Below, one piece after another: positions 1 to 11,919 of a DNA stretch of 64,000 nucleotides (within the stretch, counting starts at the first letter, position 1; each line of letters starts with the position of its first letter). The DNA is from Takakia lepidozioides. Taxonomy: Eukaryota > Plantae > Bryophyta. A program made the position numbers and the translations under genes. The DNA is taken from the NCBI GenBank assembly GCA_030704615.1, contig CM060731.1:3844001-3908000 (forward strand), given 5' to 3'. The notes beneath the pieces were generated by a model. It ran no database searches. It was given only the letters and a program-made list of their open reading frames with translations, and was not told the DNA's origin.

Positions 1-1960
1 GCCGTCAGTTGCACTCCTCGTGTTGCCGTGCTCGCGGGCTGAGAGTTATGGCGTCTGAGCTCTGTTGCTACCCTGTCTGTTGCTTTGTGCCCATGCCGGA
101 CGAGCTCCTGGGGATGCGCAATGGCGGTGTCTTGTCTCTTCTCACAGGCGGGGACCCGTGTGATGGCATCATCTCTTTCCCTCCTCTGGCTTTTATGTTT
201 CGCAGAGGCGCTTGGGTGGGGAAGTATATATCTCTCTCTCCCTTCTTAAACCTAGCATTTGTATGCTTCGCTTCTCCTTAGCTGTGCTGGAGGTGGCTTG
301 CTGGTGGCGATGGCGCAATGTTACCTTCCCCAATTGCTCAAGGTGCTTTTGGTGATGAGGGTTCCTTTTAATCCATATCTTTCTCTCTTGTTTTTGGGGT
401 TCTTAGTTGACATCGATGACAAGTGTAGGGGTCTGTGATTCACCTGGGGTTCCACAATCCTCACTAACCCATTGGTTTTTGTGGGGCTTGTGATGGACCA
501 GGTGAGGATCCCTACCTACTTTGAATTCTCTTGAGTTTGCAGATAAGGATGTGGCAAAGGAACCAACTGCTGCTGCCTGCAGCCCCGTTTTCGGCCCACT
601 TGCTCCCGGTTTGACATGATGATGCTTGCTTTTGACCTCTCTTTTGCTGCTGCTGATGGAGCATTTCGGCCTGGCAGCCCTGTCTTATGCAGCACAACAT
701 GTGAATCCTACCCTATCTTGAATCTTTGACAGCTTTACCCGTGGATTTGTAGTCTAGGTTTCTTTTTTTTGGCCTTAAAGAGGATTGATGGTGTAAGGGT
801 AAAGTCATCAGTGGCTGTTTGGCTCTAAGGATGAGGAGATCTGGTTTTTGTTAAAGAAGACAGCCTGATAAGGCAATGGCACGCCGTTTTTAGACCTGGA
901 TTTGTTGTGGAATGGAGCATAGTGAGGTTCTATTTGCAAAACATGGCATTGGCCTCCTGTGAAATAGTGACGGTAAGCTCTAAAGGACTCTGGCCAGTGA
1001 TTATTTACTTTATTTTGCCATATGAACAGCCACCTGCATTGTATGATTTATCTTGGCCAAGAGACTTGGTCTTGGGCACTCAAATTGTATGTGTGTCCAT
1101 ATCTTGATGCTGTGACAGGGCAGACCTTTCTTCCATGCCAAAGTGCCTTATATGATGCATATCTTGGGGCAACTGTCCATGAGGTAGAATGTAGTTGCAA
1201 TCAGTCTTGTCATGCCCAAAGTGTTCACTTGGTTGCATATTTGGAGTCTGATTTACTGCAGGCTGGGCCAGCAAGAGTCCTATGTGCACAGGTCCTGAAT
1301 ATGTACAATGACAGGCTGTTCTTACATACCCAGAAGACCTTGCACGATGCATGCTTTGGGGTGCTTACATTTGACTAAATGTGAAGCTGCAATATGGCTT
1401 GCCATGCCCAAGAAATGTATTTGGTGGCAGGCCCGAAGTGTAATTAATTGCAGGCTGGTCCTTCCTGCTGCCGGTGTGAACACTCCCTGAATGTGTTGTA
1501 GGGCAAGCTGTTCTTACCTACTTTGCATAATGCTTGTCTTGGATCACCTCAAGGTACTTGTGTATACATATCTTGGATTTGTAATGTGACAAGATGTTCT
1601 TATATGCCCATGATATCTTGCATGGTGCATATCTTATGGATAACTATGGATGATGTAATCTGAGGCTGCAATCTAACTTATATTGTGCAAGAGGGTCACT
1701 TGGGTACATGACAGGAATTTGATTATGAACATACCCCGCCCTCCCACCCTGTTTTATCATGACTGATTGGTATGTTATGACAAGACTGGAAATGTTAGAT
1801 GGTGCCCTGTCATGGGGCTGTTTTTGTCTTTAATTGACAATGACCCTAGTTGGTCTTGTCCATGTCTTGACATGACATGAATATCTTCCATCTCTCTTAT
1901 TAACTTTTCTACCCCCTCTTTCCTTCTGTGGTTTTTTTTTTTTTTTTGTGAGCAGCACGA
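1..1960. repeat. Segmental duplication copy A (continues beyond window start); paralogous to 4847-7560
   Basis: Near-identical sequence: gccgtcagttgcactcctcgtg at 1 vs gccatcaactgcactcctcgtg at 4847, collinear to tttgtgagcagca (~1955 vs ~7555). Duplicated short ORFs appear in the track (9..281 vs 4894..5130; 907 vs 5759). Confidence 0.9.
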
Positions 1961-2209
1961 AAGAGAGGAAGATATTCATGTCATGTCAAGACATAGACAA
2001 GACTTAATAAAAGTTATTGTCAAGAAAAATGGCCTCATTACAAGGCATTGTCAAACATCTCCTTACATGTACAATCCCAGAAAAAAGATCCTTAAATTAC
2101 AAGGTATCCTTATATCATCATGTTAACACTTCCCCTCCATAAATAGTTCATCTTAAATAAAAGAGACTGGATTTCAAAGTTCTTGAAATCATAGGGTGGG
2201 AGGGTGGGG
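1733..2209. repeat. Fold-back / MITE-like inverted repeat
   Basis: gtcttgtccatgtcttgacatgacatgaatatcttcc (~1853-1889) is the reverse complement of ggaagatattcatgtcatgtcaagacatagacaagac (~1967-2003) with one mismatch. Outer ccccgccctcccaccct (~1734) pairs with agggtgggagggtgggg (~2193). Confidence 0.6.
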
Positions 2210-3706
2210 TCTTCTAAAAAAACAAACACATAGCATGAGCATGTAGGGTTCTGAAGAATATATGCACGTTTGCATACAGTCAATCAATCAAAGTCTGAAC
2301 CACTTTATTTAAAACATACTGAGTTTTAAATAAGAGTTGTACGTGTTCCAGTGGCTACAACAACCAAACAGAGGGCAAATGTTGTGATGATCATACAAAA
2401 ACCCGTAAGTCATTACCATGTCACATTCCCAATCTCTCGGGGGAGCTTAAGAATACAGTTCGTAATAAAAAAAAGCCCTTTAAAAATACTGGCTTGGTAA
2501 TTCTTGGGTTCAAATAGCTTAAACAAGTATGTTGTAAGCTCAACAGGTATTTGAGAAAACCATTCCAGCAGACCTAAGAGTGAGAGCTTTGATGAAAACA
2601 ATTCCCTATTACAGCTTTAAAGGACTTGTATGTTCCTAAAAGCACAAGCTGAACTGATTGTACTCCCCATAAGTAGATGCAGGGCTATGGTATGTATCCC
2701 AGGGCCTTATCCAATCACTCTGCCCAAGTTTTAGAGAGATCCTCAAAAAATACCAGTCTGTAATCAGGTTATAATCTCCATGGGGAGCCTGAAAGAATGT
2801 ATGTGTTCTTAAAAGGCTTACCCAATGCCTTACTAATACATTCTAAACTGGTGAGGCATAAACAGCACTGTCTGACTCTCCAAAAGGCCAGAAAACAGGT
2901 CTGGAAAAATGCATCCAATGTCACACTTGCCACCACCAAACCTTGTCATCACAACAGCCCGAACCTTCACAATAAGGTCTGATTTCTAGGAGGCCCAGCC
3001 CATTTACTTCCTGACTTAACAGATTTGGTTACCAAAGAACCAGAAATCAAAGTAAAGGTTTTAAGGCATATCCCCTTGAAGCAGCTTTGAAGCAGAAAAT
3101 TGCAACAACGGCAGCTTGCAGCATATCTTATCCTCCTGTAGTAACCAGATCATCTGCAAACCAAGAGTTCATGCCAAGTGAAATCCCTCACCTGCGCCCG
3201 TCCCAAAAACAAACACAAAAAATGTTTTGTGCGTTAGTGAGGATGCGCGAGGTGAATTACAGGATTTCACAGTTGCTATCCATGTCAGTTATGAGCCATA
3301 AAGCATGCAAAGATCACAGAACCAGCAGAAGAAAGCATAGATGTGACACCACAAAGAACCTCAATCTTTTGTGGAGTAGGACGCTGCAGTGTTCATCATC
3401 TGAATTTGAACGAGCACAACAGAATGCAACGGGAGGAGAGTTGAGGACAGGTTGTATCTTGTAATACAGGCCGCTTCCCCACCTCCATAACCGCCGCTGC
3501 TTCATCAATGAGGAAAAAACGTAGGCAAACACAATAGTATGTCATTTGCCATCGCGGGAGATGAAAGTGTCTGCCGTCATCGCGCGTTCAACAAACAAGA
3601 ACACACCCGTTCGGATCTTGCTGCTCGGGCATTCAGCCGCCATCGAGCATTCGTCCGCCATTGCCCTCTTCCAGAGAAAAAAACACGCACGATATTGTTC
3701 TGTGTC

Positions 3707-4833
3707 TAGGGCAGAGAGACACTTAAAGGAAAACCACCCGCGATTTCATCCACCATCCGGTATGGATGGTATCAGACCAGGATGAAAAATGGGCATTCAA
3801 TAGGTTTAAATCAAAGGAGCATAAACCTAAAATGCATTGAAATGCATATCTGCCTATAAATCATCCAGTTATGGTTATAACAGACATTTCATCCAGTATG
3901 GATGAAACCGTAAAAAATTGGGATTAAAAATATATAGTATTTCCAAAATAAGTATTATGGAAAAAAAATTGATAATCCCAAACAAGTAGTTGGAGAGAGG
4001 GAGAGAGAGGGAGAGAGAGAGGGAGTGAAAGGGAGAGATCAGGAAACAAAAAGAAAAAGAGGAAGGTGGGGGGGGGGGAGTGACTGAGTAGCAGCTGCTC
4101 AGTCACCCCCAACCTTTTTGTTTTTTCTTTGTTGCCCCCTCTCTCCCTTTGTCTCCCTCCTCGGAATTGGCTGGTTGCATCAGTGTTCTTTTCATGTTGT
4201 TCCATTTGTACCAGATGGACTCTAAACAGTGTTTTCAACTGCTTTATAAAGGTTTTCTATCCATACCAGAAGAATTACCTGGGTGGACACTAAAATACCT
4301 CTAAAAAGGGCCTATAATTTTTCATTCCTCTTTTATTGACTTTCATCTATACCATATGAGTCACCAGAGAATGAGGAATTACCTCCGTAGGGGTTGTGAC
4401 ACTGGCATCCTATCTATAATTTTTCCATCCATACGGGATGAAAAATACCAGGATTTGAATTCGTTTTATTCCTCCTTTATGCTTTTTTCCATACTGGATG
4501 ATGCTTTATCTTAGGGGATGATGAATTACCTGTTAGGATGAGAAACCGCTGCCTTGGATGATGTGTACTGATTTTTCATCCTTCTGATGGACCTCCTCCA
4601 AATAAATGAACCTATTTTTTTTTTCATCTGAACCGGATGAAAAAAAACAGCTTATGATGGCCCTGGAGAATTGTTTAATTACCCTTAATTACTGCTAATT
4701 AAGGAGTGAAACCCTAACCCCTACCCTATAATCTATTGTTTAAACCTAGCTAACGGATGACATCCGTCGGGTTTTCGAGACAAAGGGTGTTGATTATTCA
4801 TCCTCCGCGGATGAAAAATCGGGCTTTGCCCTA
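3707..4833. mobile_element. Putative non-autonomous hAT-like DNA element
   Basis: Ends TAGGGCA...TGCCCTA. Many internal GGATGAAA/TTTCATCC motifs in both orientations, no coding capacity. TSD only partial (ctgtgtct / gggtgtct). Confidence 0.4.
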
Positions 4834-4846
4834 GGGTGTCTCTCCT

Positions 4847-7560
4847 GCCATCAACTGCACTCCTCGTGCTTCTGAGTTTGCGGGCTGAGAGTTATGGCGT
4901 CTGAGCTCTGCTGCTACCCTGTCTGTTGCTTCGTGCCTATGCCGGATGAACTCCTGGGGATGCGCAATGGCGGCGTCTTGTCTCTTCTCACAGGCGAGAG
5001 ACCCCGCTGTGATGGCATCGTCTCTTTCCCTCCTCTGGCTTTTATGTTTTGCAGCGGCGCTTGGGTGGGGAAGTATATATCTCTCTCTCCCTTCTTAAAC
5101 CTAGCATTTGTATGCTTCGCTTCTCCTTAGCTGTGCTGGAGGTGGCTTGTTGGTGGCGATGGCGCAGAGTTACCTTACCCAATCGCTCAAGGTGCTTTTG
5201 GTGATTAGGGTTCCTTTTACTTCATGTCTTTCTCTCTTGTTTTTGGGGTTCTTAGTTGACATCGATGACAAGTGTAGGGGTCTGTGATTCACTTGGGGTT
5301 CCACAATGCTCACTAACCCATTGGTTTTTGTGGGGGCTTGTGATGGGACCAGGTGAGGATCCCTACCTGTTTTGAATTCTCTTGATCTTGTAGATAAAGA
5401 TGTGCGCAAAAGGAATATACTGCTGCTGCCTGCAGCCCCGATCTCGGCCCGCTTGCTCCCGGTTTGACTTGATGATGCTTGCTTTTGACTTATCTTTTGC
5501 TGCTGCTGATGGAGCATTTCGGCCTGGCAGCCCTGCCTCATGCAGCACAACATGTGAATCCTACCTTGTCTTGAATCTTTGACAGCTTTGCCTGTGGATT
5601 TTTAGACTAGGTACTTTGTTTGGCCTTAAAAGAGGATTGATGGTGTAAGGGTAAAGTCATCAGTGGCTGTTTGGCTCTAAGGATGAGGAGATCTGGTTTT
5701 TGTTAAAGAAGACAGCCTGATAAGGCAATGACACGCCGTTTTTAGACCTGGATTTGTTGTGGAATGGAGCATAGTGAGGTTCTATTTGCAAAACATGACA
5801 TTGGCCTCCTGTGAAATAGTGACGGTAAGCTCTAAAGGACTCTGGCCAGTGATTATTTACTTTATTTTGCCATATGAACAGCCACCTACATTGTATGATT
5901 TATCTTGGCCAAGAGACTTGGTCTTGGGCACTCAAATTGTATGTGTGTCCATATCTGGATGCTGTGACAGGGCAGGCCTTTCTTCCATGCCAAAGTGCCT
6001 TACATGATGCATATCTTGGGGCAAATGTACATGATTTAGAATGAAGTCGCAGTCAGTCTAGTCATGCCCAAAGTGATCACTTGGTTGCATGTTTGGAGTC
6101 TGATTTACTGCAGGCTAGGCCAGCAAGAGTCCTATGTACACAAGTCCGGAATATGTACAATGATAGGCTGTTCTTACATACCCAGAAGGCCTTGCACGAT
6201 GCATGCTTTGGGGTGCTTACATTTGGCCAAATGTGAAGCTACAATATGGCTTGCCTTGCCCAAGAAGTTTACTTAGTAGCAGGCCCGAATTGTAACTAAT
6301 TACAGGTTGGTCCTTCCAATTGTCTGTGTGAACACTCCCTGAATGTGTTGTAGGGCAGGCTGTCCTCACCTACATTGCATAGTGCTTGTCTTGGATCACC
6401 TCAAGGTACTTGTGTATACTGGATCTAAAATGTGGCAAGATGTTCTTATATGCCCGTGATATCTTGCATGGTGCATATCTTATGGATAACTATGGATGAT
6501 GTAATCTGAGGCTGCAATCTGACTTATATTGTGCAAGAGGGTCACTTGGGTATATGACAGGAATCTGATTATGAACATACCCCGCCCTCCCACCCTGTTT
6601 TATCATGACTGAATGGGTGGTGTCACTTGGTGTGTTATGACAAGACTGGAAATGTAAGATGGTGCCCTGTCATGGGCTGTTTATGTCTTTAATTGACAAT
6701 GACCCTAGTTGGTCTTGTCCATGTCTTGACATGACATGAATATCTTCCCTCTCCTTCTCTCTTTTTAACTTTTTCTGCAGAGGGGTCAACTCTGAGGTTA
6801 AGAAAACCATGCTTTGTTGCATTATTAGACCTGCCTCGGAGTACGGATCTGCAATATGGGTTGATAAATCTGACTTAGAGGTTGTAGTGTCCAAAGCCAT
6901 GTCTGTTGCCATGAGATTGTATGATGAAAATGAAGTTAGGCAGAAAACTTCCCTGAACTTGTTTCTAGTCAGTGACATGGGGGTGGACATCTTGGATGAC
7001 CTCAAGGGTCTACCAACTCTCGGCACTAGACTGAAATTTAAACTCAGGGCAGGAAGCCTACCTTTGAACATCAAACAGAAGCAGAGAGGAAAGGGAGAGT
7101 GCAATTGCCCGTTGTGTGGGCAATCTGAAGACAGTACTCATTTTCTGATACACTGTCCGGGGTTCTCTCACCAAAGAGGCGCTCTCTTCAAATCTATCAA
7201 GGGAATTGTGCCTACACCTCTGTTTACCAACTTTGGAAGTCTCAAGGTTGAGCCAAAAGCCCAGGCCCTCCTGAGGCCTAGTTATTGGGCAAATCACAGA
7301 CAATAGATTGATGCTTGTGTGAAGGGATTTCTAGAGGATATCTGGAAAACCCAGATTAATTCTATATATGAAGGCAAGTCTTACTACCAACGTCAGCCCT
7401 TGACAGAGGCAGGTTCTGTCCCTTTTGTTTCCACTCAAATTGGGCGTGAGGTCAATGGCCACAAGGCTACGGCAAACAACGTCTTATCAGTACAATCTTT
7501 TTAACTTTCTCTACACCCTCTATCCCTTGTGGGTTTGTTTATTTTTGTGAGCAGCAAAAA
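4847..7560. repeat. Segmental duplication copy B, interrupted by a LINE fragment
   Basis: Collinear with 1-1960 apart from the 6773-7495 insertion. Confidence 0.9.
6773..7495 (+). mobile_element. 5'-truncated non-LTR retrotransposon (3' end of RT ORF with CCHC zinc knuckle)
   Basis: ORF 6809..7306 has RPASEYGSAIW and CPLCGQSEDSTHFLIHC. It is flanked by the direct repeat TCTTTTTAACTTT (6760-6772, 7496-7508), is absent from duplicate copy A, and is nearly identical to 23039-24056. Confidence 0.88.
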
Positions 7561-7649
7561 AAAGAGGGAGAGAGGGAGAGGGAGAGAGGGAGAGGGAGAG
7601 AGGGAGAGAGGGAGAGAGAGGGACAGAGAGAGGGAGAGATCAGGAAACC

Positions 7650-10600
7650 AAAAATAAATAAAAATGGCTTGCACTTAATCACATGCTCATTACTTTTGAG
7701 TAAACGGTACCCTTGTCCACTGGGTTTGTTTCTGTAGCTGAACGAGCATTAGTTTCCGGTGAATGAGGTTGTCATGAAGAAGAGGGAAATATGCCATACT
7801 GTTTCACTCGAAGTGCAGAGTGCCTGCCATGGCCAACCATACTATGTCGTGAAAGATGAGCCTGTCCCGGATGTATTCCATGGCTATGCCACAAGACCCG
7901 CATTCTGGCGAATGCACACAAGAAAGACCACAGTGGAGGGGAGAGGACTTCCATGCAGGGACATGAGACTGTAGCATGATCCCTTTCATGTCAAGGGTGT
8001 TGGTGGCCGCCTTCTCTGGCACGGTACCTCCTGTCCTTCAAGTTTCGCCCCACCATCTCCATCACCCTTGTGTCACTCCAATTGCCCGGAAACCGGCGGT
8101 CTAACTCATAGGCATACGCCCGCTTCGCGCCAAAGTGCTGATCAGCCCACTCGATGTGCAAAGGGAACCACCTCAATGCGAGTTCAAAGGCTGGCTTCTT
8201 CATAGCCTCCCAGAACGCACCGCAAGGGTCACCATGGCGATTCACCTCCACCGGTGGCACCACGATCTTTGCCAACTCCACGTCATGTATCGCCAAAGGC
8301 ATGTTCTTCTTCCCACCCTCTCTCTTCTTTGTAGCCTCCTTCCCCTGCTCCTTTGTTACCCCACTGCCCTCCCCCGCATGCACACTCACCCCTTCCTCTC
8401 CATGGGACTTCTTCTTCTTCTTCTTCTTTTCCTTCCCCTTCTCCACGACCATCTCCTTCCCCTTCCCCGCTACTTCCTCTCTCTCCTTCTCCCTCTCCCT
8501 TCTCTCTCTCTCCTCGGCAGCCCCTTCATTGATGGTAAAAGGGATCTCGGGAGATCGAGGCCTCTTCTTCTTACCTTTGGTGTTCGGGTCCTTCATGAAC
8601 ACCGCGTGCTCTCCCTCATTGGCAACCCCACTGGACTGTACCAATGAGGCCAGCCATGTTGCTGCCTCCTGAAGACAAATAACCCCTCCAAATTCAAAAA
8701 AAGAAACAAACAACAAAGAAAATCATGCATGCAAACGAAAGGATAAATCATGGAACAAGGTGCGACAGTTGTACCTTTGCAAGCTTGTCCGACTCGCCCC
8801 CGGTGTCACCCGATGTGGCAGGAGTCCCCATTGCCGAATGTGCCCGCTCTATCCCCTCCCGGAGCGCCACTGGAAGTAGATTCCAGATGTGGAGCATAGC
8901 CGGCGGCGGCGCCCCGTAGTCCAGGCCCTTCTTTGCTGACCGCTCAGGCTCAAGGGGCGGTGTTGCTGATCGGCTAGGCTGCTCCGAACCGGCCCATACC
9001 TCCTCCTCTCCCCCCCCCCCCCCCCCAAATGCGTATCAGGGTAGAAGCCCTCACCCGGCTTGACTTCTTCAAGGCGCTTCACTATCTTGGCCACTTCATT
9101 GGCCCTCCTCGTCTCCTCCTCCCTGATCGACAACAATGGGCTGGCAATGGAGGCTTTCAAAGGCCCTTGAACCTGACGTTGGGCCTTGGCAAGTGCAGCC
9201 TTTGCTGCGGAGGAAGGGGTTGCTATGGGGGTGACATCCAAAAGTTGCCCATACTGGGCCCCCGAACGGGTGATGTGTTTGCCAAGGTACATTTCACCCG
9301 TCTTGGTGGCCGGGGGTGTGCTCAACTGAGCATCCGGCTCAGCAATAACCTCCCGAATAGGAGAGCTGGTTGAGCCGGCCCCTGGCGCATCCAAGATGTG
9401 GACAAGAGGGGGGTACTGGCCTCGGGGGGCAGACGAGCCCTCCGGCTGCGGCTGTCGACGGGGCTAGTTAACCGTGAGAAGCCCTGGCGCGTCACATGTG
9501 CCGGTAGAGCAAACGGATTGTCCGCCCCTTTCTTTGGGGCAGGGGACTTCTTCTCTTTCCCCATAAGCTGGCACCTGTCATGCAAACCTACAAGTTGGCG
9601 TCATTAGGAAACAACCTCTACATTCCAGATCAAAAACAAAAAAAAACCAAGCATGTCAGGGGCTAAGAGCAGCTAGTGCTCGGGGTCTCGAGAGGGGGCA
9701 ACAAAGAAAAGAAAAAGGTTGGGGGGGGGGTGACTGAGCACCACCAACAGCTGCTAAGCACCACGGGCTCAGTCACTCCCCCCCCCCCCCAGTAGGAAAG
9801 AGAACAAATGCAGATGAAAAGTGAGAAACGTACCGGCCCAGCACCTCCTACCCGTGGTTGTACAAATGTTGGATTCAAGTAAACATCTATGTAATGTGTC
9901 GTAAAGCAACCACTCCCAAGGAGAGACCTGTTGGGGGACAGGGGGATACAACCACACGCGGGGGGCAGTGGCGTTCTTCCATTGGAGGCTCGGGGGTAGA
10001 AATCCTCTGGAAAGTGCCCAGAAACGTGCAAACAAAGGCTTCAGCATACTGTGAGTATGTGACCTTTTGACACTATTTAAATGGAGGTACCGCTTCCCTT
10101 CCAGAATGACGGCACTCTAGTGCGATCTGCACATGACAATTGCAAACAACGGAATTAGAACATGAATGCACTCATGACACTGAGAATACAACACCGATGT
10201 GTGATATAGGGTAGCATGCAGCAGAGTACGTACGCATATATAACAGGAATAATTATGGCCTCCACCCAATCACACTGAAGGTAAGGAAAGCGTTCTTGCA
10301 TCCACTGTAGAATAGAACGAGCGCCCGCACCGGATTCCTTGTAGTGGTCACAAAGGCATATCCAGGTAAAACTGTCAAGAAGACGTATCTTATTTTGTAC
10401 ATGGACGGGAAGGGACAGTAATTTCATTTGCAAATAGAAATCCATGACTCTGTAACTTGTCCACCCCTTGGGGTTAATCAGGAGATCTGCGTCGTCTAGT
10501 CTAAGGGTGATATTGGGGCCTACACAGTTCTGGAAAAACCAGACGTTTGATGTCTGTTTTACTTCTGCACCAGCTGATATCCTGGAGACATACACCATCA

Positions 10601-11345
10601 CAAATACATGTCAAACGTATGCACAGTGGCAAGTAAAGTGCATAATGCAAAAGATTACCATTTGAATTCAACGAAAATAGGACGATTGTTGACTCGCATC
10701 GTTTTTTTCAGCCCTTCGTGAAGTCTGCAATGACATACAACACATTCATGTCAAAAAAAGTATGCCGGCAAAGGGGTTGCCCAAGCAGAAGTAGGATATG
10801 TAGAATTGTCAGATGCAAAAATAGGGCATTCAATACTAACGGGGATGTGTGTAAATGAGGAGGCTCCGATTCCATCTTCTCTTCTGTTCTGTGGACTGTG
10901 CGCCATGAAACAATATCCGCACACGCACTCGTTGATGCTCCCATAGTGCCCACCTCACTGCCACGGACACCTGTCAATGTTGGCCAAGGCAGAGCTCTGG
11001 ATGAAGGAGCTCCGAGGGCGTTCTTTCCTCCAAAACGTTCAGTCACAACCTCGCTTGAATGCAATTCGATTTACATTTGAGTAAGAGCACCTGGTTCAGT
11101 GACATTAATGCCAAGGAGGGTAAGGTCTGTGGCGGCGGTGTCATGGTTACACAGACGACCGTCATGTACATGGTCGGGCTTTGCTGCATCATCGGCCCCA
11201 ATGCGTTCATGTGCAAGTTTCCCTTCCACTCCAGGTGTGGGCTCAGCGTCTTGTAACAACTCTGTAGGCATGACTGGAAGGGGCTGATTGTAAGCACGTT
11301 GCACGACACCACAATCTACTTCATGAGAAGGCAAAGCCTAAGGGG
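7650..11345 (-). mobile_element. Decayed DNA-transposon-associated coding region (TnpA-like low-complexity exons plus Ulp1 protease)
   Basis: Minus-strand exon-like ORFs 8849..9394 and 7991..8716 (E/K-rich tract then WEAMKK...ELDRRFPGNW...GRNLKDRRYR, reminiscent of CACTA accessory proteins) lie next to a Ulp1-like relic. No termini identified. Confidence 0.5.
9890..10601 (-). pseudogene. Ulp1/C48 SUMO-protease-like domain, degenerate
   Basis: LLINPKGWTSYRVMDFYL...LLDSFTW...AIIIPVIY, then after an intron SH*SAVIL...HLNS...VPQQVSPWE. This matches the IP..HW, DS and PQQ...C layout of C48 proteases, with W changed to TAG. Confidence 0.7.
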
Positions 11346-11349
11346 GTGT

Positions 11350-11919
11350 TGTGACTTTACCATACTGGAAGTCAATGTCAAGGACGAGAACATGACTGAA
11401 CACAAACAAGAGATCATACTAGAGGTATAAGACTAGACAAGAAGTCAAGGTCGGCGTGGCCGAATGCACGATGAGTAAATAGGAATCAAGACGATCTTTA
11501 TAACAATGAACAAGAGTACAAGTTATTGGAACACAACTTGAATACTGGAATGCTGGAAACTGGACTAGAGTACCAGATATTGGAAACTGGGCTAGAGTAC
11601 TGGGAACTCGAAACAAGAGTAGCTTAAACTGGTGTTGGCGAGACTGAAGAGTGTCCAGTCTCGCCTCCTATATATACTGGCTACTAAGAAACTTCCCTAA
11701 GAAGCTTCCCCTATGGAGGTTTCTTGCTGGAGAAGTTTCTTGAGCAGTTTCCCAAGTTACTCTTGGTAATTTGATAAACTCCCGGTAACTTGGTAAGTAA
11801 TGATAAATTATGGTAGATTATGATAAATCACGGTAAGTCATGGTAACTTTTGATAACATGGTAACTTGGTAACTTCTGGTATTACTCCTGGTAAGTTCCT
11901 CTGGGCTATGTCCGTGACA
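11350..11919 (-). repeat. 3' LTR of the Gypsy element
   Basis: TG...CA ends (TGTGAC at 11350, GTGACA at 11914-11919), adjacent polypurine tract at 11923-11933, TATA-like cctatatata at ~11667. Confidence 0.75.

Noticed and set aside
2400-3790. Scattered ORFs between the duplicated blocks
   Set aside because: No motif or coherent frame was recognised on either strand.
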